Assembly (NCBI GenBank): GCA_033851935.1
Contig: JAWSVL010000004.1
Location: 672 to 64,671 of the forward strand
Direction: 5' to 3'
DNA: 64,000 bases
Origin: Sulfitobacter sp.
GTDB taxonomy: Bacteria; Pseudomonadota; Alphaproteobacteria; Rhodobacterales; Rhodobacteraceae
Shown: in pieces, positions 38,844 to 48,434 of the stretch
Layout of the letters: the number at the start of each line of letters is the position of its first letter
Numbering within the stretch: the first letter of the stretch is position 1
Notes under the pieces: generated by a model
What the model saw: the letters and a program-made list of their open reading frames with translations, nothing else
Databases searched by the model: none
What the model was told of the DNA's origin: nothing
Translations under genes and position numbers: made by a program

Positions 38844-40181
38844 CTAACGTGCCAAAATGGCATCCTTATCAAGCCCCAGTTTGACGATCTTTTCGTTCAA
38901 CGTTCGCCTGCCGATACCAAGTGAAGCGGCGACATCATCCATACGCCCTTCGTCGGTTTGGATGGCGCGACTGATCAATTCGCGCTCAAACATAGCAACA
39001 GCTTCGCGAAGTGTTTCGGGGAAGGGCTGTGATGATGTCTGTTTGGCGATGGCATGTCTGACAGACCCGCCACCACGCCGTTGCGCCAACACACGTCTTT
39101 CAGCGACGTTTTGTAGCTCACGCACGTTGCCAGGCCAATCATACGCGATCAGCGCAGAGATATCGTCATTTGTTAGCGTTGGGGTTGGCAGTTCATAAAG
39201 CTGACTAAGCCGATGCAGATAATGGCGGAACAACAGCAGCACATCTTCGCCACGATCGGCCAAGCTAGGTAGAACAATTTCAAGAGTGTTGAGACGAAAC
39301 AAGAGGTCTTCGCGAAAGGCCCTATCGGTAACCAGCTGCGCAAATTGCCCCGATGCTGCACTGATCACGCGCAGTTCTACCGCTTGAATCTGGGTCTCGC
39401 CCACGCGTTGGTATTGCTGGGTCTCAATTGCGCGTAAAAACTTGGATTGGGACTGATAGGGCATGGAGCTGAGTTCGTCCAAAAACAGCGTTCCTCCATC
39501 TGCTTGGCTCATCAATCCGCGTGGGTTATCAATGGTTCCGAAAACAGTTTCTTCGAATTGTTCGGGCGGGATCGTGGCACAATTTATCGCGACAAACGCT
39601 GCGGCAGGGGATTGACCTAGGTCATGTAATGCCCGCGCAACCAGTTCTTTTCCAGTGCCCGTATCTCCAAGGATCAAGACATTTGCGCGGCTCATGGAAA
39701 AGTCGAAAATCAAGTCACGGACAGCAGAAATTTGGGCGCTGCTGCCGATCAATATGCGTTCCAAGTCTGCCAACTCAACCAACCGATTTTGCAACATTTT
39801 GGTGCTGTCTTCCAGCCGCTTCATTCGAATAGCGTTTTTCAGAATCCCCAAAAGGCGACGCGGTTCAAACGGTTTCTCAACAAAGCTGTACGCGCCATCC
39901 TGCAACGCAGCGACAGCCATTGGAATATCGCCGTGTGCCGAGATCAGAATGACGGGTGCATGACTGATTTCACGGGCTTTGCGCTGAAACTCCAGCCCAT
40001 CCATCTCAGGCATTCGAACATCGCTTAAGACAACATCAGGTGCGTTTTGCTGCAAAGCATCCAACCCGGCCTGCCCATTCTTTGCAATGAGGGTGTTATA
40101 ACCTGCGCTTTGCAATAAATGATCCAATGAGACGCGCATTTCACGATCGTCATCAACAACAAGTACCGTGCCTTTACTCAT
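38844..40181 (-). CDS. DctD/NtrC-like response regulator (REC-AAA+-HTH)
   Basis: VLVVDDD, SDVRMP, SAHGD, GDTGTGKE, TLFLDEL, FREDLLFRL, WPGNVRELQN, Fis HTH; the GAFTGA loop is absent. Confidence 0.92.
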   Translation of the reverse strand: MSKGTVLVVDDDREMRVSLDHLLQSAGYNTLIAKNGQAGLDALQQNAPDVVLSDVRMPEMDGLEFQRKAREISHAPVILISAHGDIPMAVAALQDGAYSFVEKPFEPRRLLGILKNAIRMKRLEDSTKMLQNRLVELADLERILIGSSAQISAVRDLIFDFSMSRANVLILGDTGTGKELVARALHDLGQSPAAAFVAINCATIPPEQFEETVFGTIDNPRGLMSQADGGTLFLDELSSMPYQSQSKFLRAIETQQYQRVGETQIQAVELRVISAASGQFAQLVTDRAFREDLLFRLNTLEIVLPSLADRGEDVLLLFRHYLHRLSQLYELPTPTLTNDDISALIAYDWPGNVRELQNVAERRVLAQRRGGGSVRHAIAKQTSSQPFPETLREAVAMFERELISRAIQTDEGRMDDVAASLGIGRRTLNEKIVKLGLDKDAILAR

Positions 40182-41902
40182 GTTCTACTCCCATTGACGT
40201 CAAATGGTAACGTCACAACAAACGTGGCACCATCACGGACCTCACCAAGGGCAAGCTCACCACCGTGATCCTTAATGATTTCAGTTGCGATAGCCAAACC
40301 AAGACCCATGCCAACACCTGATGGTTTTGTGCTGAAAAACGGTTCCTGCAGATCGGTGAGGGTCGCATTTGCAAGGCCCGAACCATTGTCAGCCACGTGG
40401 ATTTCAAGACTGTCAAATCCAGTGACAACATCAATTCGTATCGTTGGATTAACCGTATCTTCTACAGCATGGATCGCATTCTTAACGAGGTTGACCAAGG
40501 CTTGTTCCAACTGGATTTGATGCGCATGGATTGTGATAGGAGAGGGCAACTTTGCAGGATGAAAATCAATCTGCCCCTCCAATAGTTCTACGTGCAATAA
40601 ATTCTCAACTTCTTCAAAGACCGTTGCCAGATTTACGCTGGTCTTTTTGTCACCCCGCCCGCGTGCGAAAAATTTGAATTGCGCGGTGACGGCTTCCATA
40701 CGGTCGACAAGTTTGTTTAGGTTTTTGGCCGTTTGAGGCGAAGTGATCTCATTGCTGATTTCCGCAGCCGCAAGGTGGTTTCGGAACGCGCTGATGGGTT
40801 GACCCAACTCATGCGTGACAGAGGCTGCCAAATGCCCAAGCGCGGCCAGTTTAGCATTACGCGCCAATTCTGTTTGTGCGTGTTCTAGGCGCTGATTTGT
40901 CTCAATTAATTCTGTGCGCCGACGTTCAGATGCAGTGTAGGCTAATTCAATGCGCCGGGATCGCAAAAATGTAGCAAAGCCCAAAAGGAAAGTGATAATA
41001 CTGCCGAAAAAAGCAGTCGTCAAAAGCGTTTCACGCAAGATGATGTTTTCTGGATGCAGATAGTGGACGGTCCAATTGCGCCACTCGGAACTGCCAGACG
41101 CCAGCAAATAGTCGGCCCCTTCGATCCTCATGCGATCTTCTCCTATGGGTGTCCAATTTAGAGGTTCGAGGGTTTCGTTGCCAAATTGACGGCTTTCCAA
41201 AATGGCTTTCCGAACCTTTGGGTCTAGGGCGCTGATAGGGCGGTATAGCCAGTTAGGGTTTGAGGCCAAAACCACGATATTGTCTTCATTGATGGCAACG
41301 ACGGTTTCACTATCGCTTTCCCATGAACGCTGGAGTTCGCTGACATCCAGTTTGATTGCAATGACACCCTTTTGGGTGTTCGAAGCAAATGAAACGGGTT
41401 CAGCGACGAAATAACCGGGTCTGTCGGATGTGGCACCAATCGCAAAGTAATCGCTGCGTTTACCTTTCAAGGCATCCTGAAAATAGGGGCGAAAACCATA
41501 ATTTTGTTCAAGGAAACTATCGGGTTGATCAGCGTTTGAGGTCGCAAGAACGCGTCCTGTGGCATCCATGAGGTAGATCGCTTCCAATTGGGCCTCACTG
41601 GCCAACCGTTGCAATCTATCGTTGATGTCAGCCTCTATCGAGTTGGGTTGCAAAGCCTGTGCGTAGCGGGGGTCACTTTTCAATACAAAGGGCAAGTGCT
41701 GGTGACGGCGTAGCCGCTCGTTCAATGCGCGTTGGTACAATACCATGCGGTTGGACGCGGTTTCTGTCTCTAGTTTTTTAAAATAGTGTTGGGCCCCAAA
41801 AAAGGTCGCCAATGTGGCAAGCACAACTGTAATGAGTAAAACACCCAGCACACGTTTCCGCATCTTTGTCGGTGCACGCTCAATATCGACCTCATTTTGC
41901 AT
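40178..41902 (-). CDS. DctB-like sensor histidine kinase
   Basis: Periplasmic Cache region with NYGFRPYF; H-box LAASVTHELGQP; QALVNLVKNA, DNGSG, FFSTKP.GVGMGLGL. Confidence 0.93.
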   Translation of the reverse strand: MQNEVDIERAPTKMRKRVLGVLLITVVLATLATFFGAQHYFKKLETETASNRMVLYQRALNERLRRHQHLPFVLKSDPRYAQALQPNSIEADINDRLQRLASEAQLEAIYLMDATGRVLATSNADQPDSFLEQNYGFRPYFQDALKGKRSDYFAIGATSDRPGYFVAEPVSFASNTQKGVIAIKLDVSELQRSWESDSETVVAINEDNIVVLASNPNWLYRPISALDPKVRKAILESRQFGNETLEPLNWTPIGEDRMRIEGADYLLASGSSEWRNWTVHYLHPENIILRETLLTTAFFGSIITFLLGFATFLRSRRIELAYTASERRRTELIETNQRLEHAQTELARNAKLAALGHLAASVTHELGQPISAFRNHLAAAEISNEITSPQTAKNLNKLVDRMEAVTAQFKFFARGRGDKKTSVNLATVFEEVENLLHVELLEGQIDFHPAKLPSPITIHAHQIQLEQALVNLVKNAIHAVEDTVNPTIRIDVVTGFDSLEIHVADNGSGLANATLTDLQEPFFSTKPSGVGMGLGLAIATEIIKDHGGELALGEVRDGATFVVTLPFDVNGSRT

Positions 41903-42547
41903 TTATGTCTCCCATGAGGGCACATGTGATACGGGTCGGTTGGCTATGTAAATAGGTGGTCGCTTCCGTTTCTACGCGTCCCTGCGGGAATCCGCAGAGT
42001 TGGATCGTTTCTGTTGGTTTGTCTGACGTTGGTTCAATCCAGCTTAGGGTTCATTTAGACATTTTTCGGTTTCTTTGGTTCTGTTTTTGGAGTGAGCGGT
42101 AACCAAGCCTATTGGGAAGGCAGAAAAATACATCCATCCACGGAGTATAGTCGTCAGGCATTTGCGGTCGCGCCCGACCCGATCAAGAGGTTTGTACGAG
42201 GCTACAGAAATAGCGCCCTTCATCAGGTGATATCGCACCGTTTCTAACGTTAGATGGCGAAGTTTTTGAGCAGCCTGAATCGAGTGATTTTGATTTGGCT
42301 TTAACTGAATTCATCAAGATGGCTTTGCCGGTTTCGAACAATACTCCTCCTGAAATTCGAAGTTGAGAGCTAGGGCTTGATCGGGTTGGTTCATTGGTAT
42401 GACGCCTTTAGGCAGTCGATGAATCAACTGGCCGACTTGGATAACAATGTCACACATACGCCGCTCGGGGCTGCTTAACGAAAACGAGTTGTCAGTTGGT
42501 GCCAAAAAGAACAAAAGTTCTGTGAACGACGAGAGGATGAATCGCCT

Positions 42548-45466
42548 GTGACATTGCTGCCAGAAAATGCTGGATACGATTTTCCCATGATCCCACTTGA
42601 GAGCAGCTTTGTTGTTGTCACGGGTATGCATCGCTCCGGTACGTCAGCGCTCTCGCGGACACTTGATCTACTGGGGCTCGATATGCCTCGAAACCTGATC
42701 CCGCCAAATGTCTTCAATAGACCTGGATATTGGGAATCTGAAACCATCGTCAATTTCAATGACCTGCTGTTGCAAAGGCAGGACCGCCACTGGTCTGATC
42801 CCAAAGTGTTGCATGACAGCTGGCAGGATATGACTACTTTTCAGACGGACAGTCAGGAGGCCGTGCGCATTTTGCAAGGCGTGCTTGATCGATCTTCTGG
42901 TGTTGTGGTGAAAGATCCAAGGATGTCGCGGACGTTTCCAATTTGGCGTCATGCAATCGAGAGCATGAACGTGACCCCTATTTGCCTCATTGGGTGCAGG
43001 CATCCCCTTGAGGTTAGCCAATCCTTAGAGCGGCGCAACGGGATGACGCGCGAGCATGCGCTAAAGCTTTGGCAGAGTTATATGTTAGATGCTGAACGGT
43101 GCACCCGAGGGATGCGCCGCGCTGTTGTGCATTATGACCATTTACTGAAAGACTGGAGAGCCGAATTAGGTCGCGCGTTTGAGGCCTGCGGTGCCGGTTT
43201 TGACATCAGCCGTAGCATCAATCAGGAGAAGATTGACGGCTATGTTTCGGTGGGCAATCGCAACCACGACAACGCTGTCGATACTTTGTCAGAATACGAG
43301 GCCGAAACGCGTGGAGTTGCTGCGCTTTTTGATTTGTACAAAAGCAATGACCTTGACCAACATCAAAACGATTTGGACCGTCTCGCTGTAGATTGGCAAA
43401 CAGATTGGGCGGCCCATAGCCCGGGGCGCGCGCAGTCGGATTATCCCCAAACCATTGCTGCATGGCACTGGGAAAGTAGCAAATCCCATGCCGCAGCAGG
43501 GCACCAAACCGCAGCTCTTGAGGCGGCAAGGAAGGCAACTATCCTTGATCCCGGCAAGTCTGGTTATTGGTATGCGTTGGGCAAGAGATTGCAGGCTATT
43601 AAGCATCCTAAGAGGGCGGCAAAGGCGTTCGGTGAGGCGGTTCGGCTAGATGAAACGGTGTCGGTTTACCACGAAGCTCTTGCAGATACGCTGCTCGCTC
43701 TGGGACGATCAAATCAAGCGCATGCGGCGGTCAAAGCGGCTATCGCACTGGCCCCTGATCAGGCTGAATTATACTTCCTTGCGGGCAAGATCTTACGCAC
43801 GAAGAAGCTGGATGGCCGTGCCATCGCGGCTTACCGTCACGCGATTTTATTGCATGACGGTGTAGCAAGATATCATTTTGCGTTAGGCAATGCCCTGCTT
43901 GGATCTGGTGACCGTGCAGCAGCGGCAACATCCTTTAATAATGCGCTGCGGTTTGATCCCAAGGATGTGAACCCCGTGATGGCGTTGGGCACGTTGTATC
44001 GCAATAATGGCCAGTTACCTGCAGCGGAAAAGATGTTTCGGCGCGCGCTGACCCTTCATCAAGACCGCCCTTTGGTGACCAGTGTGCTTGCCGATGTATT
44101 GCACCGCTTGGGTCAAAATGACGACGCGATTGCAGTCATTGAGGAAACGTTGTGCAGTGAAACAGGCCCAGAATATCTATACGATTTATGGGGTCGAATT
44201 CTTGCAATGCAAGGACGTCTGGACGAGGCTGAAACAGCATTTAATATGTGTGCAGAGTTGGACCAAAAGGCGTTTACAATGCCACAGGGGGCGAACGCGC
44301 CTGTAGATATCGCCCTGAGAGCACTCAAAGACCTTTGTGCAACCCGCCCAATAGGGGACATTCGACAACAACAATGCCGAAGGGTCTTAAGCGGCCTTGG
44401 AGCTGACTGGTGGGCGCACGATCTTAGCCGCATCCTCAAAGAACCAAAGATTGCTTCATTACCCGATATAGAAAGATGGCCTGTAGGCGAAAGGCGAGCC
44501 GAATACGGATATGTTCCGATTACACAGCGGCCAAGCAACACGGATACCTGCAGCATATCAATCATGATCCCCGTCTATGAAGTAGGGCGGGAAAGTTGGT
44601 TGCGAGGATGTATCGAGAGCATTCTGGAACAAGATCGTGGCGCGGATTGGGGCGAAATTGTTGTTGTTGATGACTGCTCTCCGAGTGGAAATGTCGCCGA
44701 GATCGTAAAAGATTATGAACCTAGAGTTAAGTATGTACGTAATGATGCCAATCTGGGTCTGATCGGCAATCATAACCGCTGCATTGAAATTGCACGGGGC
44801 GATTTTGTGCATTTTGTGCATCAGGATGACCGGGTTGAACCCGGATTCTACGATGCAGTTCTTGATCCGATGATCGCGCGGGATGATCTTGTGGCTGCGT
44901 TCTCGGGCTGGCAATCCATTGATGAAGACGACCAGCTTGCGGGGCATTGGCCCTCAGCATCCACGAAGCCGGGCGTGCAGACTGATCTGGTTCAAGAACT
45001 TGGGTTCTTTTCGTGGATGACTTTTCCGTCAATCATTGTACGGCGGTCCTCGTACGAAACGGTTGGCGGATTTTCTCCGTCGTTTCCGTTTATTTTTGAT
45101 GTTGATATGTGGTCGCGTCTCGCGGTTTTGGGAAATGTCTGGAGCGAGCCACGCTCGCTTGCACGGTTCCGCCAACATAGGGGGTCGGCCACACACCGGT
45201 TCTCGGAATTTGAACGTTTGACCGATCGGATGCGAGTGAGGGAGAGGACGCTATCGCATCTGCCCCAAGATGTACATTACGCGACTGCCCGCGCGACGTT
45301 CCGCATTTTATTCCAAGTGAGTTGGCGTTCTCTTGTGGATGGGTCAACGGATTTGGGTAATGAAGATATCGTCAGGACAATTGCGTTACTCACTCAAGGT
45401 TGGGCATCTGCTGAGCAACAGCGCGAAATGGAAAACCTTATATTGGAGAAGCGCACAGCGGGTTGA
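42548..45466 (+). CDS. Sulfotransferase-like + TPR + GT2 glycosyltransferase fusion protein
   Basis: GMHRSGTS and KDPR (sulfotransferase-like), several TPR helices (e.g. YHFALGNALL, VMALGTLY), then SIMIPVY, VVVDDCS, HQDD (GT2). An alternative start lies at 42587. Confidence 0.85.
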   Translation: MTLLPENAGYDFPMIPLESSFVVVTGMHRSGTSALSRTLDLLGLDMPRNLIPPNVFNRPGYWESETIVNFNDLLLQRQDRHWSDPKVLHDSWQDMTTFQTDSQEAVRILQGVLDRSSGVVVKDPRMSRTFPIWRHAIESMNVTPICLIGCRHPLEVSQSLERRNGMTREHALKLWQSYMLDAERCTRGMRRAVVHYDHLLKDWRAELGRAFEACGAGFDISRSINQEKIDGYVSVGNRNHDNAVDTLSEYEAETRGVAALFDLYKSNDLDQHQNDLDRLAVDWQTDWAAHSPGRAQSDYPQTIAAWHWESSKSHAAAGHQTAALEAARKATILDPGKSGYWYALGKRLQAIKHPKRAAKAFGEAVRLDETVSVYHEALADTLLALGRSNQAHAAVKAAIALAPDQAELYFLAGKILRTKKLDGRAIAAYRHAILLHDGVARYHFALGNALLGSGDRAAAATSFNNALRFDPKDVNPVMALGTLYRNNGQLPAAEKMFRRALTLHQDRPLVTSVLADVLHRLGQNDDAIAVIEETLCSETGPEYLYDLWGRILAMQGRLDEAETAFNMCAELDQKAFTMPQGANAPVDIALRALKDLCATRPIGDIRQQQCRRVLSGLGADWWAHDLSRILKEPKIASLPDIERWPVGERRAEYGYVPITQRPSNTDTCSISIMIPVYEVGRESWLRGCIESILEQDRGADWGEIVVVDDCSPSGNVAEIVKDYEPRVKYVRNDANLGLIGNHNRCIEIARGDFVHFVHQDDRVEPGFYDAVLDPMIARDDLVAAFSGWQSIDEDDQLAGHWPSASTKPGVQTDLVQELGFFSWMTFPSIIVRRSSYETVGGFSPSFPFIFDVDMWSRLAVLGNVWSEPRSLARFRQHRGSATHRFSEFERLTDRMRVRERTLSHLPQDVHYATARATFRILFQVSWRSLVDGSTDLGNEDIVRTIALLTQGWASAEQQREMENLILEKRTAG

Positions 45467-45479
45467 TAGGCCGGTACGG

Positions 45480-45821
45480 GTCCGACTTCCTAGGCCCATA
45501 CCACCTGTGTTTGTTTACGGGCTGCTTTGTGCCTCTAGATCCCGCTCCGGTGCCATCGCAGACAGAGAAGGCGAAGAGAGCGCCTACAAGGCACGGTGGC
45601 TTCAAATGCCGTATCGACTGACCAGTAGGGGTATGCCTTGCGTGAAACCATTCAGGCAGGCGTTGATGGTGAGGAACTTCGAAAGACAGATTGCGAAAAT
45701 CCAAGTCCGCATTACCATTCTCTGCTGATACACCGCTCTTGGCATATCTACCACAGAGCCCAAAGGGTAAACCTGTCTGGTGGAAGGGGGACGCCCTGCA
45801 TCCGATTTGGGCAACAATGCC
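45480..45821 (+). mobile_element. IS5-family (IS903 group) relic: degenerate transposase C-terminus plus right inverted repeat
   Basis: Frame reads ...CVKPFRQALMVRNFERQIAKIQVRITILC*YTALGISTTEPKG*, matching the typical end ...LMARDFDRQVAELQxRIAxLNxYTALGIPxT. GATTTGGGCAACAATGCC (45804-45821) resembles the IS903-type IR. No left end was seen. Confidence 0.8.
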
Positions 45822-46007
45822 CATCATACCCACTGCGTTCATTTGTCGTCACAATCGGCGGTGATCACCAATACGCGGAGCTCAGCGTTTGATGAACACG
45901 TCCTTTATGGCGGGCTATCGTATGTTCCCCAAAAACACCGGTCACTGATTTCTGGTGTTGATGACGATGCAGCGCACTTTCAAAACGCTGTACCCTCACC
46001 ATTTTGG

Positions 46008-47771
46008 TCAGGCAATAAAGACAAGGTCGTCCATCGAGAACCAACCCGCATTTTCGACGTGATCGTTTGTGATGTCGCCGCCCGTTGCAACAAATTCAAT
46101 GTGATCAAGCCCTTCCCAATTCAGGTGGTGCGTGACGTGTTCAAATGTTAGGTCGATCTCGATGCTTTGGACCGTTTCACCATCATGATAACCATTGATA
46201 GTGACTTTATTGGCCCAACTCCCTTCTGGAATACCTGTAGGGTCCGCGCGCGACGTATTCGCCAATGACAAGCTGGCAAAATCGAACTCGCCTTCATCAT
46301 CAACAAGGGAAAATCCAAAGGTGGCCCCCCAAGAGTTAAACGCTTCCAGATCAGTATCTGCGGACTCGCCGCCATATTCACTTGGAGTGACAATGCCTTG
46401 GATGTTATATTTTCCTTGCCCAATATCGATGACGAAGTTGCCATCCAGCACCTGATCACCATCCGTGACGTTAACGTCGTTGTTGAAATCCAGAACGTAC
46501 TCTGTCGAAGCTTCAGGAATTTCGATTTGCGGGAAGTATCCAAGGATCTCTTCTGGGATTTCTTCCGCGCTGGCATAGTTCGTAACTTCTTGGCTACCAT
46601 CTTCGGCATATTCGTAAATCTGTACCAACCAATGGGCACTATCGTCGCCATCGTATTGCAAAGTTTGCGAGCGAGCCCCACCTTCGAATAGCGTAATAGT
46701 AATATCGCCTTTATCAGACGTCACATTTCGTTGCGTGATGTTACCAGCATCAAAAAATGTTTCGCGCGTCTCCCAAGTAGTGCTGTCTTTCAAATCCTGT
46801 TCAACCATCTCAGAACGCAGGCCATTTTCAAATGTTTGGGTTTTGTGTACGCCCGTATCAAACACCGCGGAATAGTGTTCGATAGTGCCAGCAGCATCGT
46901 ATGTGGTATGGATTTCAGTCCAGTTTTTCGAGCCCCCGTCTGTGGGCCCTTCGTCTGTTGACGGGGCAATGTTGTCATACTGACTAACTGCGGAACGCAC
47001 GCCGTTTTCGAACGTTTCGATCTTACGCACGCCAGTATCAAATATGGCCTCGCGGGTTACAATGACGCCGGCAGTGTCGAAAGCGGTGTGAATTTCAGTC
47101 CAGTTTCTGGCACCACCGTCTGCTGACGCTTCACCTGTTGATGCATCAACATTGTCATACTGACTAATTCCAGAGCGCACACCGTCTTGGAAGGTTTGGA
47201 TTTCGCGCACACCAGAATCGAACACAATTGCCTTTTTTTCCATTGTGCCAGCGGCGTCAAACGAGGTTCGGGTTTCAGTCCAGTTTTTGGTTCCAGCGAC
47301 ATCGAATACGTCAAATGTGTAAGTTTGGTCATCATAAACAGTGGTTATGTCTGTAATGCCGCCATTGACGTCATAGTTTGTCGATACAGACTGCCAATCA
47401 TGAATATCTCCAAGGCTCAGATATGGAGAGTCATAAAAACCATCACGGCTAAGTGTGTTGACCAAATTTCCGTCAACAAATGTCGACGTTAATCGTGTGT
47501 AATCGTCAAATACAGTGCCGATTTCCGCAATGTTACCTGTCTCATCATAAGTAATATTTTTGTTGCTATACGTAAATGCACTACCGGTATCGACCACATA
47601 AGTTTGAACCAAAACCCCGTCTTCATATGTTCCAAATTCTTCGTGTGTGTCATCAAATAGCGAACGCGTGCTGCGAACGCCGCCGACGACGTCAGTGTCA
47701 TAGGTGGTCTGTATGGATGTCCATGAAAACTCATTATCGGTATCATAAATTGTGCGCTGGGTTACGGTCAT
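46008..47771 (-). CDS. Acidic repeat protein of unknown function (W-x7-[YF]D-x2-G beta repeats plus a C-terminal globular domain)
   Basis: 587-aa ORF with about 8 recurring units, three spaced exactly 180 bp; no signal peptide; ends DDLVFIA. Confidence 0.8.
   Translation of the reverse strand: MTVTQRTIYDTDNEFSWTSIQTTYDTDVVGGVRSTRSLFDDTHEEFGTYEDGVLVQTYVVDTGSAFTYSNKNITYDETGNIAEIGTVFDDYTRLTSTFVDGNLVNTLSRDGFYDSPYLSLGDIHDWQSVSTNYDVNGGITDITTVYDDQTYTFDVFDVAGTKNWTETRTSFDAAGTMEKKAIVFDSGVREIQTFQDGVRSGISQYDNVDASTGEASADGGARNWTEIHTAFDTAGVIVTREAIFDTGVRKIETFENGVRSAVSQYDNIAPSTDEGPTDGGSKNWTEIHTTYDAAGTIEHYSAVFDTGVHKTQTFENGLRSEMVEQDLKDSTTWETRETFFDAGNITQRNVTSDKGDITITLFEGGARSQTLQYDGDDSAHWLVQIYEYAEDGSQEVTNYASAEEIPEEILGYFPQIEIPEASTEYVLDFNNDVNVTDGDQVLDGNFVIDIGQGKYNIQGIVTPSEYGGESADTDLEAFNSWGATFGFSLVDDEGEFDFASLSLANTSRADPTGIPEGSWANKVTINGYHDGETVQSIEIDLTFEHVTHHLNWEGLDHIEFVATGGDITNDHVENAGWFSMDDLVFIA
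46800..47300 (-). repeat. 180-bp-period intragenic repeats (60 aa)
   Basis: The NWTE codons (ccagtt on +) recur at 46920, 47100 and 47280 with similar flanks. Confidence 0.8.
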
Positions 47772-48434
47772 CTAGTTACACTTCCTTCTAAATGTAGAAA
47801 GTGAATTTTTATCAGCGAAATATGACTGAAATGTGGAGGGATCAATGATGAATGACAACTTTTTTTAACTTAAGTATATGGTTTCAATTGTATAAATCGA
47901 ACATTTTTAGCTCCTGAGGAAAACAGATACTAGGCCTGCTGTGGATGTCCGGGGCGTACCCAAAATGTGGAACTGCCATATCGGATGTGGGCGGGGAGCG
48001 GTTCGTATGCCGGTGGTGTGCAGACCAGCATTGTCTGAAAATCTTTGCCTCCCCGTCGTGACAGGCGTTCAGTTTGAGAAGTGACGGGGCGAAAAGCGGC
48101 TAGAATTTTCGGAAAATAAAATGCCAGTTTCGTAAGACTTCGCGCAAGCGAAAAGCCCAATAGGTTGCGAATGGCCGGACGCTGGTTCGGCTACCCTTTG
48201 CTGCAAGAGCAAAAAGAAAAACGCGACCGTTTTGGTGCCAGTACGTAGGGCGGCGGATAACCATTCGTTGCAGGCACTATCTAGTACCTGACTCCATCGT
48301 GAACACACCTCCAATCGAAGTTGAATAAAAATTTCTATGCACAGGACGACGTGTTCGATATGGTCGTATGAAACGATCATAATTTCCTTCGATGAAATAT
48401 GGCGATATTGACTTGAAATAGTAAGATGAACTGA

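Noticed and set aside
42120-42375. Protein-like fragment (…GDIAPFLTLDGEVFEQPESSDFDLALTEFIKMALP…) with stops
   Set aside because: May be a gene remnant, but I could not assign a family, so it is not reported as a feature
47930-48430. Spacer upstream of luxR as a possible decayed luxI; also the 232-aa antisense ORF 48069..48767
   Set aside because: No LuxI motifs (R-x-x-x-F, W, E-x-D-x-[FY]D, RLLP) in the frames I read; the long ORF is mostly antisense to luxR
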